Shown piece after piece: positions 10,436 to 21,162 of a stretch of 64,000 nt of DNA. The translations under genes were made by a program, and so were the position numbers. Within the stretch, counting starts at the first letter, position 1. Each line of letters starts with the position of its first letter. The DNA is from a virus (lineage: Duplodnaviria; Caudoviricetes), in IMG/VR virus record IMGVR_UViG_3300011113_000415, one strand, 5' to 3'. The notes under the pieces are model-generated. The model did no database searches, was not told where the DNA came from, and was given only the letters and a program-made list of their open reading frames with translations.

Positions 10436-11273
10436 AGTATTTGAAAGTCATTTTGACCAACGTGTGTCTTTTGACTCCATGAATCCCCGCCAAGTGCGTC
10501 ACATGCTACAACGTGTGCGTGGCCTAGTCAATGAGCATAGATCCAGTGCCGACTTCCACCACAGCGAAAAAAATCCTGCCTATCTCAAACTGATCATGAT
10601 GGAGCAGGCATTAGCACAGCAGTTGCGTGAGTATGGTGCTTCAGCCGCCGATGCAGATCCTGCCAAAACTGCTGCCTTGGCCACTGCTCAACAGCAACAG
10701 AAAAAGAAACAAATTCAAGACGAAATCAAACAAAAGCAAAAAGAAATACAAGACTTGCAAAAAGCCATGATGAATCCTACCTTGGGTATGACTGAAAACA
10801 ACACTGGCAACTTCTTGAAAGAATCAGAAATACAACAAGCACAAGTGGTATTGGCCGCTCAAGACATGGTAGACCGTGTGCAGAAAATGTTAGAAGACAC
10901 AACAGAAATGCAATTCAAAGAATTGCCTGCCTTGATTGATTCAATCAAGAATGAAGTTGGTGCTGATCAAGCCGCACAGTTCAATGCCGACGCTGCCGCT
11001 GCCTTGTCAGGCTTGGTGCAAAACTTACAGGCCAGCAAAGGTCAACTGGAGGCCGCACTGGGTGTGGTAACAGGTCAAGGTGGTGCTCCTGTGGTTCCTG
11101 GTGCCGAAGCCGGAGCCGACATTGGTGCCGAAATGGGTGCTGACCTAGGTGCAGACCTAGGAGCCGACATGGGTGCTGGTGCAGAACTTGATGCCGCGGC
11201 TGCCGCCGCCGGTGCCGAACCAGAACCCGAGCCTGCCACACCAGCAGCCAGTTTGGGTCGCGGACGTAGATAA
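10386..11273 (+). CDS. putative head/core (scaffold-like) protein
   Basis: helical Gln-rich body, Ala/Gly/acidic tail ending LGRGRR; in a late operon. Confidence 0.45.
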   Translation: MKLQELAVTRPTKQVAKVFESHFDQRVSFDSMNPRQVRHMLQRVRGLVNEHRSSADFHHSEKNPAYLKLIMMEQALAQQLREYGASAADADPAKTAALATAQQQQKKKQIQDEIKQKQKEIQDLQKAMMNPTLGMTENNTGNFLKESEIQQAQVVLAAQDMVDRVQKMLEDTTEMQFKELPALIDSIKNEVGADQAAQFNADAAAALSGLVQNLQASKGQLEAALGVVTGQGGAPVVPGAEAGADIGAEMGADLGADLGADMGAGAELDAAAAAAGAEPEPEPATPAASLGRGRR

Positions 11274-11611
11274 TGCGCATTGACGAAGTTGGTCATGGTC
11301 ACGATCATGGCACAGCCGCAAAACTCCTGGCCTTGGCCGAATTCTTGTTGGGACGGGCCCGAGACACAGGTGGTCAAAAACAAATCAGCATGCAGAGTTT
11401 TTTAAACCTGGCCAAAGGCATGCAGATTGATCTCACGCCAGACACACTGCAAACCTTGGCCGGTCAACCTCCACTAGATGGTGTGTTTCTGCCTATTGAA
11501 CCCAATTCGGGTGTGATCAAATTCAAAGGCAACAGTTCAGAGCCGGTGGCCATGCCGGTAAACAAAGCACAAGACATTGTGGCTGCCGCGGCCAAACGGG
11601 CAATGAAATAA
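11273..11611 (+). CDS. hypothetical phage protein
   Basis: TAATG coupling to previous ORF; MRIDEV start. Confidence 0.6.
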   Translation: MRIDEVGHGHDHGTAAKLLALAEFLLGRARDTGGQKQISMQSFLNLAKGMQIDLTPDTLQTLAGQPPLDGVFLPIEPNSGVIKFKGNSSEPVAMPVNKAQDIVAAAAKRAMK

Positions 11612-11631
11612 CCAAATCAGTCAACCAAAGA

Positions 11632-11660
11632 TTGACACAAAACGTTAAATATAGTATACT
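11632..11660 (+). promoter_or_regulatory. composite early/late promoter
   Basis: TTGACA-N17-TATACT with TAAATA inside the spacer. Confidence 0.65.
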
Positions 11661-11678
11661 GTCTACAAGGAGAGTACT

Positions 11679-11987
11679 ATGAAAAGACTCATCGCTCTAG
11701 TTCTAATGGCATTCAGTGTGTCAGCAATGGCACAATATCCACATCACAATCATCGCTATGGTGGTTACAACAGTTGGGGCTGGGTGGCGCCTGCTGTGAT
11801 CAGTGGTGCTGTGGTTTATGCCGCAACACGCCCTCAGGTGGTGGTTCAACAACCTCCTGTGATAGTACAACAGCCTCCTGTGGTGATGCAACAGCCCACA
11901 GACATTGTGTATCTTGATGGCATTGCTTATCGCCGACAGTTGATGTTGGTGAATGGTGCCTATCAAGAAGTTTTGATAAGAATGTAA
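11679..11987 (+). CDS. exported Pro/Gln-rich protein
   Basis: signal peptide MKRLIALVLMAFSVSAMA; repeated VVQQPPV. Confidence 0.65.
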   Translation: MKRLIALVLMAFSVSAMAQYPHHNHRYGGYNSWGWVAPAVISGAVVYAATRPQVVVQQPPVIVQQPPVVMQQPTDIVYLDGIAYRRQLMLVNGAYQEVLIRM

Positions 11988-11988
11988 T

Positions 11989-12375
11989 ATGGCCTACTCA
12001 GACAAAGTTATAGATCATTATGAAAATCCCCGAAATGTGGGCAGTTTTGCTACTACTGACGATACCGTTGGCACTGGAATGGTCGGGGCACCTGCTTGCG
12101 GGGATGTGATGCGATTGCAGATCAAAGTTGAAGATGGGATCATAACAGATGCAAGATTCAAAACATACGGTTGTGGGTCGGCCATTGCCAGCAGTAGCCT
12201 CGTTACAGAATGGGTCAAAGGTCGAACTCTTGAGGAAGCAGGATCCATACGCAATAGCGAGATTGCTGAAGAACTTGCTCTCCCCCCAGTCAAAATCCAC
12301 TGCTCCATCCTGGCCGAGGATGCCATAAAAGCCGCTGTAGCAGATTATCGCAAGAAGCATGATCTCGCTCACTGA
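11989..12375 (+). CDS. iscU: Fe-S cluster scaffold IscU
   Basis: YSDKVIDHYENPRNVG, GAPACGD, FKTYGCGSAIASSS, LPPVKIHCS. Confidence 0.97.
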   Translation: MAYSDKVIDHYENPRNVGSFATTDDTVGTGMVGAPACGDVMRLQIKVEDGIITDARFKTYGCGSAIASSSLVTEWVKGRTLEEAGSIRNSEIAEELALPPVKIHCSILAEDAIKAAVADYRKKHDLAH

Positions 12376-12682
12376 CACAGCAAGAAACAAAATACAACGA
12401 TTAGTCACAGCCAAAGGCTACGCTGGCATCCGCCTTGGCGTCAAAACTACTGGTTGCTCTGGGCTTGCTTATGTGTTAGAATATGTTAAAGAATACACTG
12501 ACGAACCCTACACAATAAATTACGCACAACCAGGCTTTGTAGTGTTAGTGAACCAAAAAGATGATGTATATCTACGTGGAATGACCGTAGACTATGTGCG
12601 TCAAGGCCTTAACGAGGGATTTGAATTCTCAAATCCCAATGAACGTGACCGTTGCGGTTGCGGAGAAAGTTTTCGAGTGTAA
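12359..12682 (+). CDS. iscA: A-type Fe-S carrier IscA
   Basis: GVKTTGCSGLAY and C-terminal FSNPNERDRCGCGESF. Confidence 0.95.
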   Translation: MISLTDTARNKIQRLVTAKGYAGIRLGVKTTGCSGLAYVLEYVKEYTDEPYTINYAQPGFVVLVNQKDDVYLRGMTVDYVRQGLNEGFEFSNPNERDRCGCGESFRV

Positions 12683-14343
12683 TGAAAATAAAATTTTGTT
12701 CCTTGGGTCCTGGACCAAAAACACGTTCTAAAGATAACTTTGCCTCGGTAGCAATTAACCCATCATTTTTTTTCTTTAAAAAGTACTACGAACTGCATGG
12801 TCTAAATCCCAAGGTTGATTGGTTATATCCTGAATTGGTAAAACTTGAACCGGCCCAAGATATTATCCAAAGAATTATTAATGAAAAACCAAATCTGTTG
12901 GGGTTGGGAGTTTATGTTTGGAACAATGATCTACAGTTTTTGATTGCTCAATCAGTGAAAAAACACTTGCCCAACACAATTATAGTGCTAGGGGGTCCTG
13001 ATTTGTCTGTGCATAAAGAGTTAGAACAGGACAATGATTTTTTCAATCAGCATCCATATGTGGACTATGTGGTATATGGTGATGGCGAAAAAGCATTTCA
13101 ACAGATCATTGATTATCATTCAGGCTACATGCCCGATAAACAGACGTTGATAAACACTATTGAAAATTTCAATGGCCACAAAATAGTCTATCCTTATGAA
13201 ATACTCGACGACAAATTGTATTTGAGTCAAAGTCCATTTGTAAGCAATGAGTCATTGATAACGCAAATTAGAGATGATCTAGTCCAGCAAGGCATATCCC
13301 GACGGGAACAAAAATGGTCGATTGAATTTGCTCGTGGTTGCATGTACAGTTGTAGTTTTTGTGATTGGTCTCAAAATCTTACCAAGAAAGTCAAACGAAG
13401 AAGTCATGACTGGAAAGAAGACATTGATTTATTCTGGCGATTAGATGTTCCTGTAAGAGAAACTGATGCCAATTTTGGACAATGGCCGGATGACATTAAG
13501 GCCTACGATTATGCCTGTTCACTGTATGATCCCAAACGGAATTTTTCTTTTGTTGTGGGTAACACTCCAAAACTCAAAAAGCACATTACAGAATATATAA
13601 TATACAAAAATTGCATGGTATATCATAATACAGGACACAGGCCAGCAATAAGTTTTCAGGATACCAATGATGACGTATTATCAGCCGTTGATCGTCCTAG
13701 TGTTTCCTGGGCTGAGATTGTCAAAATGATCAATAATCTCAAAGCAAAATTGAGCCCCGAAGTTTTTGGGTCAATAGAAGCAGAGATGATTCTGGGATTG
13801 CCGGAACAGACCATTGACAAAATAATTCACTCCTGCGTGACATTGTTTGACCTGGGTATCACAAAATATAGATATGATAACTGGTATATGTTGAGCAATA
13901 GTCCAGGTGCTGATCCTACCTATCAAAAAATGTGGGGATTGCAAATACACAATGTATATCAACTGCAAACACCCAAAGCATCAATACTAGACTTAGAATC
14001 GACTTATCAAAATCTAGCACTCAACCAAAGACAGGATAACACCCAGTTGTATGACATGTTTCACAAGGTATCTTTTGTTACAGGTCATAAAAAAATGTCA
14101 CTTATTGAACTTTTAACTGCAAAAATTATGCTGAGAAAATGGAACGAACTCAACCAAATTAAAAATACAGTAGAAAAATACGATTCAACACAGATTAAAA
14201 AAATCTTCAGACGATTGTTGATAGAGGCCATGATAGAATCCAAAAAACAATACAAAATTCATCAACAATATATTGACAAGTACAATATTATAGTTTGGGG
14301 ACACTACGACATCAATCAGAAAATACTTTATGAAGATTTTTGA
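12682..14343 (+). CDS. cobalamin-binding radical SAM protein
   Basis: B12-binding-like region (LGVYVWN, IVLGGP, VYGDGE) and RGCMYSCSFCDW; start moved to ATG 12682. Confidence 0.8.
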   Translation: MKIKFCSLGPGPKTRSKDNFASVAINPSFFFFKKYYELHGLNPKVDWLYPELVKLEPAQDIIQRIINEKPNLLGLGVYVWNNDLQFLIAQSVKKHLPNTIIVLGGPDLSVHKELEQDNDFFNQHPYVDYVVYGDGEKAFQQIIDYHSGYMPDKQTLINTIENFNGHKIVYPYEILDDKLYLSQSPFVSNESLITQIRDDLVQQGISRREQKWSIEFARGCMYSCSFCDWSQNLTKKVKRRSHDWKEDIDLFWRLDVPVRETDANFGQWPDDIKAYDYACSLYDPKRNFSFVVGNTPKLKKHITEYIIYKNCMVYHNTGHRPAISFQDTNDDVLSAVDRPSVSWAEIVKMINNLKAKLSPEVFGSIEAEMILGLPEQTIDKIIHSCVTLFDLGITKYRYDNWYMLSNSPGADPTYQKMWGLQIHNVYQLQTPKASILDLESTYQNLALNQRQDNTQLYDMFHKVSFVTGHKKMSLIELLTAKIMLRKWNELNQIKNTVEKYDSTQIKKIFRRLLIEAMIESKKQYKIHQQYIDKYNIIVWGHYDINQKILYEDF

Positions 14344-15089
14344 TTGCAATTCATCTTTTCAGAAAGTTACATTTGTACAATCCACGATTTAATTATCAAC
14401 CCATACCCAGGGTCACAATAGAGGGTCGGCGTTACTACGCCACCCCAGATGGCAACAACTTGCCGTCAGTGACCACAATCCTTGATCGAACCAAGCCTCC
14501 AGAAAAAGTTGAGGCATTGAATCAATGGCGTCGGCGTGTGGGCACAGAACGAGCACAACAAATCACCACAGAAGCCGCCAATCGTGGCACAAGAATGCAC
14601 ACATATCTTGAACACTATGTGCGAACAGGTGAAATCAAAGAGCGTGGATCAAACCCATTCTCATGGCCCAGTCACGCCATGGCTCAAACGGTAATTGAAC
14701 AAGGCCTCAAAAACGTTAGTGAATTCTGGGGCATTGAAGTTCCCTTGTATTTCCCTGCCATTTATGCAGGAACCACAGACGGTGCGGGCATACATTTGAA
14801 TGAAGAAGCCATCCTGGACTACAAGCAAACCAATCGCCCCAAGCGGCGCGAGTGGATTGACGATTATTTTGTACAGTTGTGTGCTTACGCAGAAGCACAC
14901 AATGAACTGCATGGTACCCGGATTCGAAAAGGTGTGGTTTTGATGTGCGTAAAGCCGGACCTAGATGAGCAATACAATATCATAGGACAGACACAGTACC
15001 AGGAATTTGTGCTGGAAGGCGCAGAATTCGACCGATATCGTGACTTGTGGTGGCGAAAGGTCGAGCAGTACTACATGCTAAATACATGA
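14340..15089 (+). CDS. PD-(D/E)xK phage exonuclease
   Basis: LPSVTTIL, RGTRMH, AGTTDG, ILDYKQT, QLCAYA; true start may be TTG 14373. Confidence 0.85.
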   Translation: MIAIHLFRKLHLYNPRFNYQPIPRVTIEGRRYYATPDGNNLPSVTTILDRTKPPEKVEALNQWRRRVGTERAQQITTEAANRGTRMHTYLEHYVRTGEIKERGSNPFSWPSHAMAQTVIEQGLKNVSEFWGIEVPLYFPAIYAGTTDGAGIHLNEEAILDYKQTNRPKRREWIDDYFVQLCAYAEAHNELHGTRIRKGVVLMCVKPDLDEQYNIIGQTQYQEFVLEGAEFDRYRDLWWRKVEQYYMLNT

Positions 15090-15108
15090 TAGCAAGAGGA
15101 CGACCACC

Positions 15109-15669
15109 GTGGCAATTGTACAAGTATCCCGAATCACAAACCGTAAAGGTCTAGCAGAAAATGTGCCGCAATTGGCCGGCGCAGAACTTGGCTGGGCAAT
15201 TGATGAACGTAGACTGTTTATCGGCAATGGCACCCTGCAAGAAGGTGCTCCAGTAATCGGCAACACAGAAGTACTCACAGAGTATTCAGATGTGTTCTCG
15301 GGTCGCACACAATTCTCATTTGGTGACTACATTGTAAATGCAGGAACCACTGCCACCTTGGACAACAATGCCACCACTCAAACAGTGTTTACCATTGACG
15401 CCAACACAATCCCAGCATTTGAAGTAAAATACATGATACGCCGTGGTGTGTACACTAGAACTGGCACTTACATTGTGGTAGGCAGTACAGACGGTACAGG
15501 TGGAACATTGACAACTTCTGATGCCAATGCAGTACAAAACGGATCAACCGGGGTCACCTTCACAGTGACTGAAAGCGCCAGCACAATCACATTTGCTTAC
15601 TCCAGCACCAATACTGGTATCACTGGAACTCTTTATTACTCCATCAGTTACTTTTTACCTACAGTTTGA
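15109..15669 (+). CDS. putative tail/fibre structural protein
   Basis: N-terminal GAELGWAIDERRLFIGNG resembles fibre attachment domains; Thr-rich; TAAATA at 15079 and AGAGGA RBS. Confidence 0.55.
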   Translation: MAIVQVSRITNRKGLAENVPQLAGAELGWAIDERRLFIGNGTLQEGAPVIGNTEVLTEYSDVFSGRTQFSFGDYIVNAGTTATLDNNATTQTVFTIDANTIPAFEVKYMIRRGVYTRTGTYIVVGSTDGTGGTLTTSDANAVQNGSTGVTFTVTESASTITFAYSSTNTGITGTLYYSISYFLPTV

Positions 15670-16094
15670 TGTGGCCTGCTACCTTTGAACAACGCCTGCA
15701 TGCGTGGGGTGTTCTTCGTGAAAGTGTTCAACACGCACCTCTTGAACAAGTCCTTGCTGAAGTCAACACCTGGTGGTTTCAAACTCCTTGGCGAGTGTAT
15801 CATTTGCACTGGGATGATCGGACAAAATGGCCTGATCCCTGGGAACTTTTGAGCGACAATATCTATTGCGATCTTGCTCGCGGGCTAGGAATCCTGTATA
15901 CTATAACTTTGCTGGATCGTGCGGATCTGCAAGATTCGGCACTGGTGGAATCAGATCAGGGCAATTTAGTCCTGGTCGAACAAGGGAAATATATATTGAA
16001 TTGGGACTCGCAACAAGTGTTAAATATCAATCCAGGGCAGATCAAAGCCCAGCACAGCGTGACGCAACAACAAATAAAACAACAACTCGGGTAA
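15666..16094 (+). CDS. transglutaminase-like/hypothetical protein
   Basis: WPDPWELL..NIYCDLARGLG with a conserved-looking Cys. Confidence 0.45.
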   Translation: MMWPATFEQRLHAWGVLRESVQHAPLEQVLAEVNTWWFQTPWRVYHLHWDDRTKWPDPWELLSDNIYCDLARGLGILYTITLLDRADLQDSALVESDQGNLVLVEQGKYILNWDSQQVLNINPGQIKAQHSVTQQQIKQQLG

Positions 16095-16096
16095 CA

Positions 16097-18415
16097 ATGA
16101 AGCAGATAACAGTACAAAAACGTGACGGAACTCGCGAGCCATTGGCATTGGAAAAATGGCAAGCACAAATAGCCAAGGTGTGTGCAGGCACCGCAGATGT
16201 AAGTCAAAGCATGATTGAAATCAAGGCACAACTGCATTTTTATGATGGCATTACAACAAAAGAAATTGATGGCATTACTTTACGTGCTATTGTAGATTTG
16301 ATTGACGTAGAGTCAAATCCTGATGTGGGCCATACCAACTATCAGTATGTGGCAGGTAAACAACGACTATCAATGTTGCGTAAAGATGTGTACGGTTCAT
16401 ATGATCCACCTCACTTGTATGACATTGTAAAGCGAAATGTGGACACTGGCCTGTACACTCCTGAATTGTTGGAGTGGTATTCTGAAGAAGACTGGAATCG
16501 CATGAATGACATGATTGATCATGCCAAAGACGAACAGTATTCCTATGCCGCAGTGGAACAGTTGATTGAAAAGTATCTTGTGCGTAATCGCTCCACCAAG
16601 GAAATTTATGAAACACCACAAGTCAGATACATGGTTGCCGCAGCCACAGTATTCCACAGCGAAGAACCCAACACAGCCAGAATGCGCTACATCCGAGAGT
16701 ACTATAATGCCGCAAGTGATGGCCTGTTTACTCTTGCTACTCCTGTGCTTGCCGGTCTTGGTACTCCTACAAAGCAGTTTTCAAGTTGTGTGCTTATTCG
16801 CAGTGATGATGATTTGGATAGTATTTTCGCATCAGGTGAGATGATGGCCAAGTATGCCTCAAAGCGAGCAGGCATTGGCTTGGAGATTGGTCGACTACGT
16901 CCCTTAGGCTCGCCCATACGTGGTGGAGAAATCATGCACACCGGCATGATACCATTTTTAAAAAAATGGTTCGGTGATTTACGCTCATGTTCACAAGGTG
17001 GTATTCGTAATGCAAGTGCAACTGTTTTTTATCCCATATGGCATCATCAGTTCGATGACCTTATTGTTCTCAAGAACAATCAAGGTACAGAAGAAACCCG
17101 TGTGCGGCACATGGACTATGGGGTTGTTCTTTCCGCATTTTTCTGGAGACGATTCAAGAACCGAGAAAACATAACATTCTTTGACCCTAACGAAGTACCC
17201 GATCTCTACGAAGCATTCTACGCCAACACTGAACGCTTTGAAAAACTTTATACGGAATACGAGAAGCGTCGAGACCTACGTACCAAAGTAATGAGTGCTG
17301 AAGAAGTGTTCAAGTCAGGCATACTCAAAGAGCGCACTGACACTGGACGCATCTATCTTGTGTTCATTGACAACGTTCAGAATCAAGGACCCTTTGACAC
17401 TGAATATCATACCATTTACCAGAGTAACCTTTGCTGTGAAATTCTGTTACCTACCAAACCGTTTAAAAGACTGGACGATGAAACAGGTCGCATTGCACTA
17501 TGCACCTTGGGATCCATCAACTGGGGTGCGTTCCGTAATCCTGAAGACATGCGTCGTGCTTGCAGGATTCTGCAACGCAGTCTCTGTAACATTCTCGATT
17601 ACCAAGACTTCCTCTCGATCCAGAGCCAACTCTCGAATGACGAAATTCAGCCGCTTGGCATCGGCATTACTAACCTTGCTTACTGGCATGCCAAGCGCGG
17701 ACTGCAATATGGTGATAAAGACGCTCTTGCCGAGGTTAAGTCTTGGATGGAGCACCAGGCCTATTACCTTACCGAAGCAACAGTTGAATTGGCAAAGGAA
17801 CGAGGCCGTTGCAAAGATTCTGACCGGACCTGGTACGGTAAAGGTGTCTTTCCTTGGGAGAGACGTAGCGCCGGGGTCAATGAACTCACGGACTTTACAC
17901 CTGAACTGAACTGGGAAGCCCTACGTGCAGAAATGCGATCCTACGGAGTCAGAAATGCTACACTTATGGCCATTGCTCCTGTTGAAAGTAGTAGTGTGGT
18001 TATTAATAGTACCAATGGTATTGAAATGCCCATGAGTCTTATTTCAGTCAAAGAATCAAAAGCAGGTAGCCTTACACAAGTTGTGCCCGAGTATCACAAA
18101 CTCAAGAACAAGTATCAACTGATGTGGGCACAACGAGACTGTGACGGTTATTTGAAAACTGCGGCTGTGTTGGCAGCCTATGTTGATCAATCAATCTCAA
18201 CAAACACATTCTACAATCCAGCACACTTTGCTGAACGTAAAGTTCCAACAACACTAATTGCCAAGAACTTGATGCAAGCACACTATTGGGGATTGAAAAC
18301 ATTCTACTACAGCCTGATCAACAAGCAAGGTAGCAAACAAAAAGATGAAGAAGCGGCGCCACTTGAAATCATTGATTTTGACGATGCGGAAGACTGCGAA
18401 GCATGTAAGTTATAG
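16097..18415 (+). CDS. nrdA: class Ia ribonucleotide reductase alpha subunit
   Basis: ATP-cone start MKQITVQKRDG, QFSSCVL, SNLCCEI, LCTLGSIN, C-terminal CEAC; start moved from 15866. Confidence 0.97.
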   Translation: MKQITVQKRDGTREPLALEKWQAQIAKVCAGTADVSQSMIEIKAQLHFYDGITTKEIDGITLRAIVDLIDVESNPDVGHTNYQYVAGKQRLSMLRKDVYGSYDPPHLYDIVKRNVDTGLYTPELLEWYSEEDWNRMNDMIDHAKDEQYSYAAVEQLIEKYLVRNRSTKEIYETPQVRYMVAAATVFHSEEPNTARMRYIREYYNAASDGLFTLATPVLAGLGTPTKQFSSCVLIRSDDDLDSIFASGEMMAKYASKRAGIGLEIGRLRPLGSPIRGGEIMHTGMIPFLKKWFGDLRSCSQGGIRNASATVFYPIWHHQFDDLIVLKNNQGTEETRVRHMDYGVVLSAFFWRRFKNRENITFFDPNEVPDLYEAFYANTERFEKLYTEYEKRRDLRTKVMSAEEVFKSGILKERTDTGRIYLVFIDNVQNQGPFDTEYHTIYQSNLCCEILLPTKPFKRLDDETGRIALCTLGSINWGAFRNPEDMRRACRILQRSLCNILDYQDFLSIQSQLSNDEIQPLGIGITNLAYWHAKRGLQYGDKDALAEVKSWMEHQAYYLTEATVELAKERGRCKDSDRTWYGKGVFPWERRSAGVNELTDFTPELNWEALRAEMRSYGVRNATLMAIAPVESSSVVINSTNGIEMPMSLISVKESKAGSLTQVVPEYHKLKNKYQLMWAQRDCDGYLKTAAVLAAYVDQSISTNTFYNPAHFAERKVPTTLIAKNLMQAHYWGLKTFYYSLINKQGSKQKDEEAAPLEIIDFDDAEDCEACKL

Positions 18416-18424
18416 TAGGAACCA

Positions 18425-18607
18425 ATGAGCAAGAGAAACAACTCAAAAAAGAAAAAAAGGTATACCCCTGATGAAATTGCAGAATTTAATAGACTTCATG
18501 ATTTAAAAAATCCTGATCCACTTAGCGGTCTTAATTTTCAAACAAGTTATAATTCAAGCGCAGGGCCTGTCAATGCAAAAGTTAGTAAATTTTTTAAGGG
18601 AAAATAA
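18425..18607 (+). CDS. small basic hypothetical protein
   Basis: AGGA RBS; fills the gap between nrdA and aceA. Confidence 0.45.
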   Translation: MSKRNNSKKKKRYTPDEIAEFNRLHDLKNPDPLSGLNFQTSYNSSAGPVNAKVSKFFKGK

Positions 18608-19816
18608 ATGAAAAAACGAAATTACACACAAGACACTGTTTGCAAACTACAAGGTAGCGTACAGATTGAACACACACTAGCCAAGCGTGGCGCATATAAA
18701 TTGCGTGAACTATTAGCCAACGAACCATACATCAATACACTGGGTGCATACAATGGACAAATGGCTGTACAACACGCCAAGGCAGGATTGAAAGCAATTT
18801 ATTTGTCAGGCTGGCAAGTGGCCGCAGCCAACAACACAGCCAATCAAACTTATCCTGACCAAAGTCTATATCCAGTGGATTCAGTGCCCAAGGTTGTTCG
18901 AGGCATCAATAATGCTTTCCGCCGTGCTGATCAAATTGAATACCTAGAAGGCAAGGTAACAACTGATTACTTTTTGCCTATTGTAGCAGATGCGGAAGCC
19001 GGCTTTGGTGGTGCATTGAACAGTTATGAACTAATGATGGCAATGATCGAAGCCGGAGCCGCCGGTGTACACTTTGAAGACCAATTGAGTTCAGAAAAGA
19101 AATGTGGCCACTTGGGTGGCAAGGTATTAATCCCTACAGGGCAAATGATCCGCACACTCAATGCCGCACGTTTGGCTGCAGATGTTGCAGGAGTAGATAC
19201 AGTTATTATGGCACGTACAGACGCAGAGAGTGCTACACTTATTACTAGCGACCATGATCCATTAGACCGGGAATTTATTATTGATGAACGCACCGAAGAA
19301 GGATTCTACAAATTTAAAAACGGCATTGATGCTTGCATTAGCCGAGGTCTTGCTTATGCCCCTTACGCTGATCTCTTATGGTTTGAAACTTCAACACCTG
19401 ATATTGCACAGGCTAAAAAATTCGCTGATGCTATACACGCACAGTACCCTGATCAAATGCTGGCTTATAATTGCAGTCCTAGTTTTAATTGGCGTAAGTT
19501 TTTAAGCGAAGACGAGTGCGAAACATTCCAACGCGAACTAGGCGAACTAGGATTCAAGTTTCAATTTATCACATTGGCTGGTTTCCACTCAGTGAACCTT
19601 GCCACATTTGAACTTGCTGAAGCATATAAGGCTCGTGGCATGGCGGGTTACGCTGAAATGCAACAACGTGAGTTTGCGGCACAGGCTCGTGGCTTTACTA
19701 CTGTGAAACATCAACGCGAAGTCGGCGTTGGATACTTTGACTTGATCAGCGAAGCAGTGGGTGCTACATCAACAGTGGCCAACAAATCATCAACTGAAGC
19801 GGATCAATTCCATTGA
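18608..19816 (+). CDS. aceA: isocitrate lyase
   Basis: catalytic [49 protein letters not shown]. Confidence 0.97.
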   Translation: MKKRNYTQDTVCKLQGSVQIEHTLAKRGAYKLRELLANEPYINTLGAYNGQMAVQHAKAGLKAIYLSGWQVAAANNTANQTYPDQSLYPVDSVPKVVRGINNAFRRADQIEYLEGKVTTDYFLPIVADAEAGFGGALNSYELMMAMIEAGAAGVHFEDQLSSEKKCGHLGGKVLIPTGQMIRTLNAARLAADVAGVDTVIMARTDAESATLITSDHDPLDREFIIDERTEEGFYKFKNGIDACISRGLAYAPYADLLWFETSTPDIAQAKKFADAIHAQYPDQMLAYNCSPSFNWRKFLSEDECETFQRELGELGFKFQFITLAGFHSVNLATFELAEAYKARGMAGYAEMQQREFAAQARGFTTVKHQREVGVGYFDLISEAVGATSTVANKSSTEADQFH

Positions 19817-20004
19817 ACAGTTTTGAAAGAATATGGGCTCGGGCCACCGGGCACTTGATGGGCAAGTCAGATCATGACCGCCCAGATGTGCCCATACTCA
19901 CACTGAAGGAGGCCCGAATAGCCTTGTTCTTCAAAACGTTTTGGGTTATAATACATGTCATCACCTGTGGTTTTATTATAGCAAATACAATCAGACACTG
20001 GTGA
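19813..20004 (+). CDS. small membrane protein
   Basis: TTG start overlapping aceA stop; C-terminal hydrophobic helix. Confidence 0.55.
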   Translation: MNSFERIWARATGHLMGKSDHDRPDVPILTLKEARIALFFKTFWVIIHVITCGFIIANTIRHW

Positions 20005-20019
20005 AACTGAGTAAAATTT

Positions 20020-21159
20020 ATGAATTCAAAAACTTTTTGTTTGGCTCCTTGGGTCAATACCTGTGTTCTGCCTTCGGGACATTTGACGCCGTGTTGTGTT
20101 TGGCAAGAAACGTCAGATGCAACTTTTAAAGATTTTGATACTTGGCATAATTCGGACTATTTGAAAAACATTAGAAAGCGCATGTATCAAGGCGAAAAAA
20201 TTTCAGCCTGTGCCACATGTTGGCATGATGAAAGTATTGGAAAAGAAAGTCTAAGACAAATTTATAACCAAGAATGGTCAAAATTCTCTGTGAGAGATAT
20301 TATCAATAAAAATTGGCATGCTTCACACGGCGTTTGTGCGTTGGATTTAAAATTAGGAAATTTGTGCAATTTAAAATGTGTCATGTGTTCTCCTTCATCA
20401 AGTAGCCAATTGCTTTCTGAATACAAAACAAATACTACAAAATTTAACAATTTGAAATATTATGCTGTCAACTTTTTGGAAAAAGATTTTTCGTGGCCAT
20501 TGACTGATGATTTCAAAGATTTTTTAAAAAAATTCCAAAATCAATTACGGTGGATTAAATTCACTGGAGGTGAACCTACAATTATACCACATGTATTAGA
20601 TGTATTGGACAACTTGAATTGCGATAAAGTCACAGTGACCTTGGCAACCAATGGTACCAGACTTGATCAGCAATTTGTAGACAAGATTAAAAAATTTCAA
20701 ACAGTTTGGCTGACTGTGAGTCTTGAAGGTATACAAGAACATAATGATCAAATTAGATTTTTATCCCAATGGGAAGAGATTGAAAAAAACATTTTATCTG
20801 TTTATAATTTGCCAAACATCTATTTTAGCATTAATCATGTTTTGCAATGTTTTAGTGTGAATACCTTTATACCTTTGTTACAATGGTGTGAAAAATATCA
20901 AATTAAATTAGATGTAAATGTATTATCAAAACCTGAGTATCTAAGCATAAATGCAGTAGGTGTAAATATCATTGAGAAGTTTATAAATCAATTAAAGCAA
21001 ACGCATGTGACAACTAACCACCAGGTTATTCCGCATGTGCTTGGACATTTGAGTAATTATTCATACCGTCCTGATCTTGAAAAACAGCGACACGAATATT
21101 TGCAATTGTTAGATTCAATTAGGCATACAAATACAGATAATATTATTGAGGGTAAATAG
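20020..21159 (+). CDS. radical SAM protein with N-terminal SPASM/Twitch-like region
   Basis: FCLAPW, CATCW, CNLKCVMC, FTGGEP, ATNGT; AT-rich. Confidence 0.85.
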   Translation: MNSKTFCLAPWVNTCVLPSGHLTPCCVWQETSDATFKDFDTWHNSDYLKNIRKRMYQGEKISACATCWHDESIGKESLRQIYNQEWSKFSVRDIINKNWHASHGVCALDLKLGNLCNLKCVMCSPSSSSQLLSEYKTNTTKFNNLKYYAVNFLEKDFSWPLTDDFKDFLKKFQNQLRWIKFTGGEPTIIPHVLDVLDNLNCDKVTVTLATNGTRLDQQFVDKIKKFQTVWLTVSLEGIQEHNDQIRFLSQWEEIEKNILSVYNLPNIYFSINHVLQCFSVNTFIPLLQWCEKYQIKLDVNVLSKPEYLSINAVGVNIIEKFINQLKQTHVTTNHQVIPHVLGHLSNYSYRPDLEKQRHEYLQLLDSIRHTNTDNIIEGK

Positions 21160-21162
21160 ATA

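Noticed and set aside
14340-15089. Cas4 implying a CRISPR system
   Set aside because: It is a PD-(D/E)xK nuclease without the Cas4 four-Cys pattern and has no cas neighbours; it fits a standard phage exonuclease.
15866-16096. 77-aa N-terminal extension of NrdA, and similar extensions at 3103, 22612, 26741, 38267, 53492, 63086 and 63426
   Set aside because: They overlap upstream genes or read through promoters; RBS position and domain starts support the downstream starts.
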